Assembly (NCBI GenBank): GCA_964202905.1
Contig: CAXNJO010000004.1
Coordinates: 256,001 to 320,000, forward strand
Source: Polyangiales bacterium
Lineage (GTDB): Bacteria; Myxococcota_A; Polyangia; Polyangiales; JADJQN01
DNA length: 64,000 nucleotides
Direction: 5' to 3'
Shown here piece after piece: positions 19,920 through 29,801 of this stretch (the stretch's first letter is position 1; the number at the start of each line of letters is the position of its first letter). Made by a program: the position numbers and the translations under genes. The notes below the pieces were generated by a model. The model saw only the letters and a program-made list of their open reading frames with translations, searched no databases and was not told where the DNA came from.

Positions 19920-21788
19920 CTAGAGCAGGCCGCCGAGCGGTCCCCAGCTCACGCCCGCGTCGATGCTCTCGAGCGCGCGCAGGTCGCTCCCCTCGCGCGT
20001 GACGAGCACGAATCGGCCGCTGCGGGCCGCCAGCGTGGGCGCGCCGCAAAGCCCCGTGTCGTCGTCCCAGCACGGGGCGGGGACGCTCGGCGCGGACATC
20101 CGTGAACCGTCGCGCTCGACCCGCACGACGCGCACGCGACTCGCCGCGACCGCCCACGCGAGGACCCCTAGCCCCCCGTCTCGCGCGCTCGCGACGCGCG
20201 CGCGCCGTGGCACATCGGGCAGCCACAGCGCGTGGCACGGCCCGTCGGACGAACACGAGACGACGCGCGCTCCCCCGACGCGCAGCGGCAGCACCAGCAG
20301 CGCCCCCTCCGCATCGCACGCGAGGCGCGCCCGCTCGCCATCGATCGCGCCGTCGTCGTCCGGCCCGTCGACGATCGCGGGGTTCGACGGCGCCTCCCCG
20401 CGCGGGGCGCGCGTGAGCCGGACGCGCGTGCCGCCGCCGTACGCGATCCACGCGTCGCCTTCGGCGGCACACGTCTCGAGGAGCCCGTCGCCGTTCGCGG
20501 GCACGACGCCGAGCGCGCGCGCGGGGCCTGCTTCGAGCGCGAACACGCGCGCATCGAAGCCGTCCGCTTCGGCAGTGAGCACCACCGGACGCCCGTCTGG
20601 CAGCAGCTTCGCCGCGCGCACGAGCGGCGCGTCGAGACCGAGCGCGCGCTCCATGATCGGGGCGAGCGCTGGCGCGGGGGCAGGCGCGTCGTCCGCGCGC
20701 GCCGCTGCAGTGGGGGCAGAACTGGATGCGACGGTGGGTGCGGCGCTCGCACCGGCATCGAGCCGAAACACGCGCAGGACAGGCCCCGCATCGGGGCTCC
20801 GCGCGAGCACGACGAGACGCGGCGCGGCGCCGCCCGCGTCGGCCGGGAGCACACGCACGGCCTCCCCCTCGGGGCCGCCCCACGGGTGCGCCCCCACGAC
20901 GAACGGTGGCGGCGCACGCGTCGCCGCGACCCCGATCGGCGAGACCGCCATCGTGCGCCGCGCGCACCGCTGCGGGTCGTCGTCGCAGCGCCGCTCGGAC
21001 GTCGTGGACACCACCCAAGGCACCTGGCCCGCCGCAGCGGCACCTTGCGCCGCACCAAGTACGGCCCCCCAAATCGCGCCCGACGCGCCGCGCGGACGCG
21101 CGATCCGGCGCGCCGCCACGCGCCCGGCCGCGAGGTGCACGCTGCCCAGCCCGCGGGCGTCGAGCGCGAACGCGACGAGGCCATCCGCGCGCGCCTCGAG
21201 GCGCAGCGGCGCATCGCCAGAGGCGTTCAGCGGGAGCCGCGACGCCTCGCGCAGCCCGCCTCCCGACACGAAGCGGACCGCGTCGTCCTCGAGCCCATCG
21301 TAGAACCCCGACGCGACGACCATCGCCGCGAGTTTTCCGCGGAGCACGGCGACAGCACGGAGCGGACGCGTGTTCACCCGGGCGGCGTCCCCGCGCGTCT
21401 CGGCGAACGCGTCCAACTCGCGGCGCACCAGATCGACCGCCCGGCGCACCTCGTCCTCCGCGACGGCCGCGCTCGGCAAGAGAAAGCGCGCGTACGGCGG
21501 CGCGACGTCGAGCAGGTCCTTTCGACATCGCACCGGCCAGTCGGGCGGCCCCGAGAGCGCGCGGGCCGCAAAATGGGCCGTGTCCCCCGAGGGCAATCCG
21601 AGGCCCGGCGCGGCGACAGCCTGCCCGCCGTAGAGACACGCCGCGAAGTCCGCGAAGTGCGCGCGCGCCTCGAGCGCGCGGCCGCGCTCCCGCCACCATG
21701 GAACGCCGAGAAACACGACCGCGAGCGCGACGTTGGCGACGACGGCGACGAGCAACGCGCTCCGCCCGGGTCGGAAGCGCCCCGCCAC
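19920..21788 (-). CDS. Hypothetical membrane-anchored extracytoplasmic protein
   Basis: Single N-terminal hydrophobic helix (LLVAVVANVALAVVFLGVPWW), then a long Ala-rich soluble region with scattered Cys; GTG start inferred. Confidence 0.55.
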   Translation of the reverse strand: MAGRFRPGRSALLVAVVANVALAVVFLGVPWWRERGRALEARAHFADFAACLYGGQAVAAPGLGLPSGDTAHFAARALSGPPDWPVRCRKDLLDVAPPYARFLLPSAAVAEDEVRRAVDLVRRELDAFAETRGDAARVNTRPLRAVAVLRGKLAAMVVASGFYDGLEDDAVRFVSGGGLREASRLPLNASGDAPLRLEARADGLVAFALDARGLGSVHLAAGRVAARRIARPRGASGAIWGAVLGAAQGAAAAGQVPWVVSTTSERRCDDDPQRCARRTMAVSPIGVAATRAPPPFVVGAHPWGGPEGEAVRVLPADAGGAAPRLVVLARSPDAGPVLRVFRLDAGASAAPTVASSSAPTAAARADDAPAPAPALAPIMERALGLDAPLVRAAKLLPDGRPVVLTAEADGFDARVFALEAGPARALGVVPANGDGLLETCAAEGDAWIAYGGGTRVRLTRAPRGEAPSNPAIVDGPDDDGAIDGERARLACDAEGALLVLPLRVGGARVVSCSSDGPCHALWLPDVPRRARVASARDGGLGVLAWAVAASRVRVVRVERDGSRMSAPSVPAPCWDDDTGLCGAPTLAARSGRFVLVTREGSDLRALESIDAGVSWGPLGGLL

Positions 21789-21952
21789 CTCGACCTCGTC
21801 GCGGCTCGCCTCCGGCACCGGGCGCGATGCTAGCAGGCGGCGCGTCGCCGGAGCGATCGGCGCATTCCCCGGGGCGCTCTGGCCGCAGCCCCCCCCGGTC
21901 CCTATACTCGCGGCCGTTGCCGCACTCGCTCGGCACGCCTCCACGGAGCCTC

Positions 21953-24900
21953 ATGCGCTACCTCTCGCGGCTATGGATGCCCTTCGCCGCCTTCCTGGCC
22001 GTGGCGATGGCGCTCGGCATCACGTTCGTCTGGCCCCGCCGCAACGGCCTCGACTTCGACATCGACGGCTCCCCGCGGGCCCAGGCGGCGCACGGCGCGC
22101 AGCCTTACGACCTCACCGAGCTTCGCGTGCTCAACGCGGTCCTCATCCACGTGAAGGACCACTACGTCGAGCCCGAGCGCATCAATCCGCGACGGATGCT
22201 GCTCTCGGGTCTGAACGCGATCCAGCGCTCGGTCGGCCCCGTGATGATCGATTACACGGACGGCGCCTCGTCGCTGACGGTGCGTGTGAACAACCAGCGC
22301 CGCGACTTCCGCGTCGACGACGTCCGCGCCCCCTGGGATCTGAGCACGCACTTCCGGCAGATCTTCGCGTTCCTGCAGCAGAATCTCGCGGGCACCGAGG
22401 TCGACCTCCACGACATCGAGTACGCCGCCGTCAACGGCATGCTGCGCACGCTCGATCCGCACTCCGTGCTGCTGACGCCGGAGATCTACGCGGACATGCG
22501 CATGACCACGCGCGGCGAGTTCGGCGGGCTCGGCATCGTCATCAGCGTCCGCGACGGGCAACTCACGATCATCCGGCCGATGCCCGGGACGCCCGCCTCC
22601 GGTGCGGGGCTCGCGCGCGGCGATCGGGTCGTGAAAATCAACGAGGAAGCGACGCTCAACATGCCGCTCAACGAGGCGGTGAGCCGCCTCCGCGGGGCGC
22701 CCGGCTCGCGCGTCGCTGTTTACGTCGTGCGTGAAGGCGCGGGCGGCTGGACCACGCCGCGGCGCTTCGACCTCGTGCGCGCCGTCATCCACATCGAATC
22801 GGTCGAGTCCCGCATGCTCGAGGGCGGCGTCGGCTACCTCAAGATCAAGAGCTTCCAGGGCAACACCTTCGAGGACATGCAGCGCGCGCTCGCGCAGCTC
22901 CACCGGCAGGGCCAGCTCCGCGGCCTCGTCCTCGATCTGCGCGACAACCCGGGCGGCCTGCTCGATCAGGCCGTGCGCATCTCCGACGCGTTCCTCACGC
23001 GCGGCGTCATCGTCACGACCTCGTCGAACGACCGCTCGCAGCGCGAGGTGAAGGAGGCCGAGCCAGCCGGCACGGAGCCCAACTACCCGATGGTCGTCCT
23101 CATCAACGGGGGCTCGGCCTCGGCTTCGGAGGTCGTGGCCGGCGCGCTCAAGGCGCACGACCGCGCGCTCATCGTCGGGCAGCGCAGCTTCGGCAAGGGG
23201 TCCGTGCAGGTCCTCTACGACTACGAGGAAGACGGCGCCGCGCTGAAGCTCACGATCGCGCAGTATCTGACGCCCGGCGACGTCTCGATCCAGGGCGTCG
23301 GCATCACGCCCGACATCGCGATCGACCCGATGACGGTCGACGCGGAGGACATGGACCTCACCGTCGATCAGGGCTACCTGCGCGAGTCCGATCTCCGCTC
23401 GCACCTCACGAATGAGTCCTCGCAGCGCGCGGCGGCGCAGCGAAGCGCGGTCGTGCTCCGCTACTACCTGCCGAAGGAGCAGCGCGAGCAGCTCCGCGAG
23501 GCAGGCCCGGACGACGCCGAGGAGAACCTGCGCGAGGGCGAGTTCCTCACGCGCTTCTCCCGCGATCTGCTCGCGCAGGCGCGTCGGCCGAGCCGCCCGG
23601 AGCTGCTCGCCGACGCGGAGGCGGTGCTCGCCCGCGCGCGGCAGGCCGAGCTCGACAAAGCCATCGCCGAGCTCCAGCGCCTCAGCGTCGACTGGTCCAC
23701 CGGCCCCGACCAGGGCGCGTCCCCCATCGAGGTCGTCGTGTCGACGAGCACCCCGGACAACGTCGGCACCGCCGGCCAGCCCTTCGAGTTGCGCGTCCGC
23801 GTGACCAACCGCGGACAGGCGCCGCTCTATCAGCTCCGCGCGACGACCAAGAGCGACAACCGCCTCTTCGCCGAGCGCGAACTCGTGTTCGGCAAGCTCG
23901 CCCCCGGCCAGTCGCGCGAGTGGTCGACGACGCTCGGCATCTGTGAGACCAAGGACGACCGGCGTCAGTGTCGCCTCCCGTTCGACATCCCGGATCGCGC
24001 CGACGCGATCCGCGTCGAATTCGCAGAGGCCCACGAGCACGCCCCGGTCCCCGCCGAGGTGCGCACGACCGTACGCGCACTCCCGCGGCCGCTCTTCGCC
24101 TACGGTCTCCAGATCGCCGACAACCTGCGCGGAAACGGCGATGGGCGCGTGCAACGCGGCGAGTCCATGACGATGTACTTGCACGTCAAGAACGTCGGTC
24201 AGGGACCGAGCGTCGAAGGACAAGCGAACCTCGGGAACCTGAGCGGCGCGGGGATCCTCCTCCGCGACGGGCGCTTCACCCTCCCCGCGCTCGCGCCCGG
24301 CGCGACGCACGACGTGGCCTTCACCTTCGAGGTCCTGCCAGACTTCGAGGCGGACGAAGCCAAGGTCGAGGTCAGCCTCGCGGACGTCGCGCTCCGCGAG
24401 GGCGTCTCGGAGAAGGTCCTTGTCCCCATCGCGGCGGCGCCCGCGGCGGCGCAAGGCCCCCAGCCACGCCCAGGTCGTGTCCGCGTGCGCGACGGCGCCC
24501 CGCTCCGGGCAACGCCGGCCACCGACGCCTCCCTCCTCGGAGCCGTCCGAGGCGGAGCGCTCGAGCTCGGCGCGCAGGCCGTGCTCGGGGCCTTCACCCG
24601 CGTCGATCTCGGCGGCGGGCGCCCCGCGTGGGTTGCCAGCGCGGACCTCGTCGACGCCGGGAGCGGCGGCCGTTTCATCGAAGACTACGAGCACACGCCC
24701 CCGACGGTGCGCGTCGATCACGGAAGCCAGCTCGTGACCCGCGCGACCGAACTCTCGCTGCGCGGCGGCGCGTCGCACCCCGCGCGCATCCGGGACATGT
24801 ACGTGTTCGTCGGCTCGCGGAAGGTCTTCTTCCTCTCCCATGAAGGCGCGGCGAACCCCCGCGAGATCGCGTTCGACGCGCGCGTCCCGCTCCACGGCGG

Positions 24901-25057
24901 CGCGAACGTCATCACGGTCGTCGTCCGACACGACGACGACGTGATTGGCCGGCGGACCTTCGTCGTACGCCGCGACGGCCCGAACGGCGAGACCCTCGAG
25001 GCCCCGCGCTTCGAGTACGACGAGCTCGGGGACGACGACGGGCTCGAGATGGAGTGA
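21953..25057 (+). CDS. Extended S41 carboxy-terminal processing protease (myxobacterial type, PDZ plus Ig-like extensions)
   Basis: GMLRTLDPHS, GEFGGLGI (PDZ), LDLRDNPGG, SASASEVVAGAL, SFGKGSVQ, GITPD; about 550-aa C-terminal extension. Confidence 0.9.
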   Translation: MRYLSRLWMPFAAFLAVAMALGITFVWPRRNGLDFDIDGSPRAQAAHGAQPYDLTELRVLNAVLIHVKDHYVEPERINPRRMLLSGLNAIQRSVGPVMIDYTDGASSLTVRVNNQRRDFRVDDVRAPWDLSTHFRQIFAFLQQNLAGTEVDLHDIEYAAVNGMLRTLDPHSVLLTPEIYADMRMTTRGEFGGLGIVISVRDGQLTIIRPMPGTPASGAGLARGDRVVKINEEATLNMPLNEAVSRLRGAPGSRVAVYVVREGAGGWTTPRRFDLVRAVIHIESVESRMLEGGVGYLKIKSFQGNTFEDMQRALAQLHRQGQLRGLVLDLRDNPGGLLDQAVRISDAFLTRGVIVTTSSNDRSQREVKEAEPAGTEPNYPMVVLINGGSASASEVVAGALKAHDRALIVGQRSFGKGSVQVLYDYEEDGAALKLTIAQYLTPGDVSIQGVGITPDIAIDPMTVDAEDMDLTVDQGYLRESDLRSHLTNESSQRAAAQRSAVVLRYYLPKEQREQLREAGPDDAEENLREGEFLTRFSRDLLAQARRPSRPELLADAEAVLARARQAELDKAIAELQRLSVDWSTGPDQGASPIEVVVSTSTPDNVGTAGQPFELRVRVTNRGQAPLYQLRATTKSDNRLFAERELVFGKLAPGQSREWSTTLGICETKDDRRQCRLPFDIPDRADAIRVEFAEAHEHAPVPAEVRTTVRALPRPLFAYGLQIADNLRGNGDGRVQRGESMTMYLHVKNVGQGPSVEGQANLGNLSGAGILLRDGRFTLPALAPGATHDVAFTFEVLPDFEADEAKVEVSLADVALREGVSEKVLVPIAAAPAAAQGPQPRPGRVRVRDGAPLRATPATDASLLGAVRGGALELGAQAVLGAFTRVDLGGGRPAWVASADLVDAGSGGRFIEDYEHTPPTVRVDHGSQLVTRATELSLRGGASHPARIRDMYVFVGSRKVFFLSHEGAANPREIAFDARVPLHGGANVITVVVRHDDDVIGRRTFVVRRDGPNGETLEAPRFEYDELGDDDGLEME

Positions 25058-25087
25058 GCCCTGCTCGGGGTGGATGGCGCGCCACGC

Positions 25088-25116
25088 TTTACACTCCGTG
25101 TCAAGAGTGGTATGCG
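25088..25116 (+). promoter_or_regulatory. Sigma70-type promoter
   Basis: TTTACA-N17-TATGCG, 42 nt upstream of the GTG at 25159 (GGAGG SD). Confidence 0.5.
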
Positions 25117-25158
25117 CTGCCTGCTTCCGGGACGGCCCCGGAATGACGTGGGAGGCAA

Positions 25159-26133
25159 GTGGCCACCAGCAAGCACAAACATCCCGCAAGCCAGGCGGCG
25201 CGGTCGCCCGCGCCGCCGACGTCGGCGACCCAGTCCGCGCCCTCGGCGGCCCAGAAGACGGCCCATAAATTGTCCCCGAAAGCCTCCCCCAAGAACGGTT
25301 CTCCCGCGAAGCCGGCCGCCAAGGCCACCGCGACCCTCGACCTCGGCAAGTCCGCAGGGAAGTCTGCGACCTCCGCGAAGGCGGCGACTGCGACGTCTGT
25401 TGACAAGCCGTCCAAGCCCTTCGGCGCGAAGACCACCGCGGAGAAGCCCGCCGCAACGAAGTCCACGATCGCCAAACCCGCGACGGGGAAGCCAGCCCCG
25501 GACGCGAAGCCGACTCCGGCGGCAGCGCCTGTCGGGAAGCCGGCAACCGCCAAGCCGCAGGGCAAGGCGTCGTCCGCGGCGAAGCCCTCCCCCCCCGCGT
25601 CGTCCAAGCCCGCCGAGAAGTCCGCAACGCCAGCCGCGCCCCGTGCCGCGGAGGCCGCGCCGGGGAAAACCGCACCCGTCCGCGGGACACCGGGGCAGAT
25701 CGTCGCCACGCCGTCGCGCACCCCGGCGCGGAGCCCAGTCGGCGCGGAGGAGCTGAAGCTCAAGTTCGGCGCGCTCTCTTCCGCGACCAGCCAGATCAAG
25801 GGGTTGAAGCGCTCGCTCAACAAGTCCTTCTTCGAGGTCGGTCGGATCCTCGCCGACATCCAAGAGAAGAAGCTCTACGAGGTCAAGGGCTACGGCTCTT
25901 TCGAATCCTTCGTCGAGCGCGAGATCGACCTCGGCAAGACGGTCAGCCTCCGCCTCGTGCGCATCACGCAGACGTTCGTTCGCGAGGCCGCGCTCGCGGC
26001 GGGTCTGGAGCGGACCACCGCGGCCCTCGCGGCCCTCGACGGCGAGAGCGACATGCTCTCCACCTCAACGTCCGTCTCGGCACCGAGCGCGTCGGCAGCC
26101 GCCCGGACGATGCTCCCGCCGCACAAGGTCTGA
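25159..26133 (+). CDS. Histone-H1-like Ala/Lys/Pro-rich protein with C-terminal helical (DUF3102-like) domain
   Basis: About 195 aa of low-complexity AKP sequence; then FFEVGRILADIQEKKLYEVKGYGSFESFVEREIDLGKTVSLRLVRI. Confidence 0.75.
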   Translation: MATSKHKHPASQAARSPAPPTSATQSAPSAAQKTAHKLSPKASPKNGSPAKPAAKATATLDLGKSAGKSATSAKAATATSVDKPSKPFGAKTTAEKPAATKSTIAKPATGKPAPDAKPTPAAAPVGKPATAKPQGKASSAAKPSPPASSKPAEKSATPAAPRAAEAAPGKTAPVRGTPGQIVATPSRTPARSPVGAEELKLKFGALSSATSQIKGLKRSLNKSFFEVGRILADIQEKKLYEVKGYGSFESFVEREIDLGKTVSLRLVRITQTFVREAALAAGLERTTAALAALDGESDMLSTSTSVSAPSASAAARTMLPPHKV

Positions 26134-26157
26134 GCCGGCGACCTCCGCGCGGCCGCC

Positions 26158-27477
26158 GTGATTCCGCTCCTCCTCGCGCTCCTCTGCGTCGCGGCGAACG
26201 CCTTCTTCGTCGCGGCGGAGTTCGCGCTCGCCAAGGTCCGCCCGACCTCGCTGGACGCCATGGCGCGCGCCGGCGACAAGCGCGCGCGACGCGCCCTCGA
26301 GGTCACGCGGCGCCTCGACGCCTACCTCACCGCGACCCAGATCGGCATCACGCTCGCCTCGCTCGGGCTCGGTTGGCTCGGTGAGCCTGCGCTCGCGCAC
26401 TTCATCGAGCCCGCGTTGCGCGCGCTCGGCGCGACGGAGGCCGTCGTGCACGGCGTGGGCCTGGCGCTCGCGTTCGCGGTGATCACGACGCTGCACATCG
26501 TCGTCGGCGAATTGATCCCGAAATCGTTCGCCATCCAGCAGCCCGAGACCGTCGCGCGCCACACCGCCGCGTGGATGGTCGGCTTTTACTGGCTGATCTT
26601 CCCCGCGCTGATCATCCTCAATTCCATCTCCAACTTCGCGCTGCGCCTCGCGGGCCTCCCACCCACGGAGCACGCCGAGGGCAAACTCTCGCTCGAGGAG
26701 TTGCGCCTCGTGGTGCGCGCATCGCTGGGCGAGGAAGGCGAGAAGAAGCGCGAGCTCCTCGAGCGCGTACTGCGCGGCACCGACCGCCCCCTGCGCGCCG
26801 TGATGGTGCCACGCGTCGACATGGCGACCCTCTCGCTCGACGACGACTTCCAATCGGTCCTCGCACAAGTGCGACGGCACGGCTTCAGCCGCTACCCGAT
26901 CGCCGAACACGGCGACCCGGACAAGGTGCTCGGCTACGTCTACGTGAAGGACGTGCTCATGGCGCGCACCCCGCCACGCGACGGGCTGCGCGGACTCAAG
27001 CGCGACGTGCTCTTCTGCCCGGAATCCCTGACGGTGGGCGAGGTGCTCGGGCAGTTTCAGCGCTCGAAGATCCCCATCGCGATCGTGGTCGACGAATACG
27101 GCGGCACGAGCGGCCTCGTGACGCTCGAGGACGTCGTCGAGGAGATCGTCGGTGAGCTGCAGGACGAGCACGATTTCGAAGCGCCGCGGGTGACGCGCCT
27201 CGCGAACGGCTCGCTCGTGGTCGATGGCTCGCTCCCCGTTGACGAACTCGTGAACGAGGGGTTGGAACTCCCGTCGCGCGACGGCGCCGAGAGCGGCGAG
27301 ACGGTCGGCGGCTACCTCGTCGCGGCGCTCGGGCGCCTCGCGCACCCCGGCGACCGCGTGCACCTCGGTGGTTGGGACGCCGTCGTCGAGGACGTGCGAC
27401 GCCGCCGCGTGAGCCGCGTGTCGTTCATCCCGGCCACACCGACGACGCCGGCGACCGAGACGGACGACGACGGCTGA
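26158..27477 (+). CDS. Hemolysin-family/CNNM (TlyC/CorC) CBS-domain transporter
   Basis: NAFFVAAEFAL, QIGITLASLGLGWLGEP, GELIPK, VMVPR, FSRYP, VVDEYGGTSGLVTLEDVVEEIVGE. Confidence 0.93.
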   Translation: MIPLLLALLCVAANAFFVAAEFALAKVRPTSLDAMARAGDKRARRALEVTRRLDAYLTATQIGITLASLGLGWLGEPALAHFIEPALRALGATEAVVHGVGLALAFAVITTLHIVVGELIPKSFAIQQPETVARHTAAWMVGFYWLIFPALIILNSISNFALRLAGLPPTEHAEGKLSLEELRLVVRASLGEEGEKKRELLERVLRGTDRPLRAVMVPRVDMATLSLDDDFQSVLAQVRRHGFSRYPIAEHGDPDKVLGYVYVKDVLMARTPPRDGLRGLKRDVLFCPESLTVGEVLGQFQRSKIPIAIVVDEYGGTSGLVTLEDVVEEIVGELQDEHDFEAPRVTRLANGSLVVDGSLPVDELVNEGLELPSRDGAESGETVGGYLVAALGRLAHPGDRVHLGGWDAVVEDVRRRRVSRVSFIPATPTTPATETDDDG

Positions 27478-27519
27478 TCCCCGCTCCCCCCGCGCGGGTC
27501 GCCGCGAACCACGCGGCGC

Positions 27520-28173
27520 TCACTCGAGCGGCGAGGCGATCGCGAAGAGATCGGCGAAGCGCTCCACGCCGGGCGGCAGCGCGCCGTTCCCGCGGCGGTG
27601 CGTCCACAACACGGGGGCGAGCAGGTCGATGGCGTAGCGCATCGGCATCTCTTCGAAGCGCAGGTCGACGGGCAGGCGCGAGAGGTTCGCCGACGCCGCA
27701 GAGTCGTCGACGAGCGGCTCGAACACGGCGTGGGTGAGACCGTCGCCGCGCCGCCACGCGAGACCGAGCACCTCGACGAACGTGCCGTGCAGCGGCCGCA
27801 CGAGGAGCACGCCACCGCGGAGTTCATCGCCGGCGACGAGCGCGCGTGCGCCCACGGTCGACTCGAGCCCGAGCCCCCCCTCGGCGTCGATGGCCGCGGC
27901 GATGGCCCGCGCGTTCTCGGCATCGTCCTCGACGGCGAGGAGCGGCGCGAGCACGACCGACGCCGAGATCCCCTCGGCGCGCGCGTCCGCGACCACGGCC
28001 TCGACGATGCGCCCGCGCCCGACGACGTCGAGCGAACCGTAAGCGAGCGCGAGCCCGCGCGCCGCGGCAGGATCCCGTGCTGCCGCCGCAAGCAGCGCAC
28101 CGAATGGGCCAGACCGCCCGCGCGCGGGCGTCGCGAGCGTCGGACGCGGGCTGCGTGGTCCGGGAGTCGACAC
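27520..28173 (-). CDS. Hypothetical protein
   Basis: Coding-like composition filling the gap between convergent and divergent genes; GTG start inferred. Confidence 0.55.
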   Translation of the reverse strand: MSTPGPRSPRPTLATPARGRSGPFGALLAAAARDPAAARGLALAYGSLDVVGRGRIVEAVVADARAEGISASVVLAPLLAVEDDAENARAIAAAIDAEGGLGLESTVGARALVAGDELRGGVLLVRPLHGTFVEVLGLAWRRGDGLTHAVFEPLVDDSAASANLSRLPVDLRFEEMPMRYAIDLLAPVLWTHRRGNGALPPGVERFADLFAIASPLE

Positions 28174-28252
28174 GACGCCCTTGTACCCGAGCCTCGCGGC
28201 CCGCGAAAGGCTTGACGCCCGCGCCCCGGGCCGTGTAAGCCGCTCGGTCAGG

Positions 28253-28915
28253 ATGGGTGACGCGAACGCAACGCTCGTTGCCGAGTACCAAGGGCTCGTC
28301 CGCACGATCGCCTCGAAGGTGCGAGCGCAACTCGATCTGCGTTGCGAGCTGGAGGACCTCGTCGCCTTCGGCAACCAAGGCCTCATCGAAGCTGTGCAGC
28401 GCTTCGACCCGTCGCGCGGCGTGCAACTCAGCACGTTCGCCTACTACCGCATCCGCGGCGCGGTCGTCGATGGCGTGCGGCGCATGGCCTACATGCCGCC
28501 GCGCATCCACCGCAAGCTCCGCGAGGCGGAGGCGATGGACGCCGTGCTCGAGCCGCTCGGCGAGGCGCGGGCCACCTCCCCCGAGGCCCGCGCCGATCTC
28601 GAGGCCACGGCTCAGGCCCTCGAGAACTCGCTCGCGCGCGTCACGGCGACCTTCCTCATGTCCGCCGTCGGACAAGGCGAGGAGGACCAGCCCGACACCC
28701 CCGAGGACGAGCTCTTCTCCGCGGAAACCCGCGCCCGCGTCGCAGCGGCGATGGCGACGCTGCCCGAACGCGAACGCGCGCTCGTGCAGGGTTTCTACTT
28801 CGAGGGGCGGCAGTTCGACGAGGTCGCCGCGGAGCTGGGCATCTCGAAGAGTTGGGCGAGCCGCCTCCACACGAAGGCGCTCGACCTGATGCGTCGCGCG
28901 CTCGTCGACCCCTGA
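28253..28915 (+). CDS. FliA/WhiG-family RNA polymerase sigma factor
   Basis: LEDLVAFGNQGLIEAVQRFDPSRG..STFAYYRIRGAVVDGVR; region 4 LPERER..EVAAELGISKSWASRLHTKAL. Confidence 0.88.
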   Translation: MGDANATLVAEYQGLVRTIASKVRAQLDLRCELEDLVAFGNQGLIEAVQRFDPSRGVQLSTFAYYRIRGAVVDGVRRMAYMPPRIHRKLREAEAMDAVLEPLGEARATSPEARADLEATAQALENSLARVTATFLMSAVGQGEEDQPDTPEDELFSAETRARVAAAMATLPERERALVQGFYFEGRQFDEVAAELGISKSWASRLHTKALDLMRRALVDP

Positions 28916-29205
28916 CAATCTGCTGCGCCCGCGTCGCGCCCCGGACGCTGCGCCCGTTCACCCGCGCCGACCGGCGACCTCCACGGGCGTCGCGAACGGG
29001 AAACCGCGACACATCGGCACCTGCAGGGCGCCCCCGACATCCCTGACGCGGGAATCAGGGTCACGCCCCTCTGTATGTCGCCCCGATCAGGATTGCGCGG
29101 CGACGCCCGGGCGGTCCTCGCGCGCCCCGTGTGACGCGACGCGCAACCCCTCCGCCTCACGGACGAGCACCGACGCGGCCCCAATCCCCTGCCCTGAGGT
29201 GCTCC

Positions 29206-29598
29206 GTGTCCGACCCGATCTCGCGTCCGCTTGCCGGTTCCAGTCCATCCGCGCCCGCGGCGCTTTCCGCTTCCGGGTCGGCCCGACGGCCCGACCCCTC
29301 ACGCTTCGCGGACGCGCTCCGATCGGTGCGGCAGTCGCACGAGAACGCCCCCCGCGAGTCCGAGGCCCCTGCCATCGGCGAGCTCGCGATCCGGGGCGCG
29401 GTCGCGTCCATCGCGCGGGGCGAGCAACTGGTTCAGGGGGTCGTCCGGGCCGCGCAGCGGGGAGCGACCTTCACGAACGAGCAGCTCATCGCGATCCAGG
29501 CCGGCGTCTACCGTTACACGCAGGAGCTCGAGCTCGCGAGCAAGCTGGTCGACAAGGCGACCGGCGCCGTCCGTCAGACATTGCAAAGCCAGCAATAG
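29206..29598 (+). CDS. Small protein resembling T3SS inner-rod proteins (SctI/YscI/HrpB2-like)
   Basis: GAGG SD plus GTG; C-terminus EQLIAIQAGVYRYTQELELASKLVDKATGAVRQTLQSQQ. Confidence 0.6.
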   Translation: MSDPISRPLAGSSPSAPAALSASGSARRPDPSRFADALRSVRQSHENAPRESEAPAIGELAIRGAVASIARGEQLVQGVVRAAQRGATFTNEQLIAIQAGVYRYTQELELASKLVDKATGAVRQTLQSQQ

Positions 29599-29801
29599 AC
29601 TCCGCTGCCCCCGCGGCGCGCACCGCGGCGGCGTGCACCCCGCCAAGGCCCGCATCGGGGGCTCGGCCTCGACACCCGGCTGACCCCGCCCTCTCGGCCA
29701 CTACGCGCGCAGGCCTGGGGCGTTCGCCCGCTGCTAGGCTCCCACGTCTGCTGAGCGCCTCACGCCACCGCCGCACGCCTCGCACCGCACCGCACCACGC
29801 G

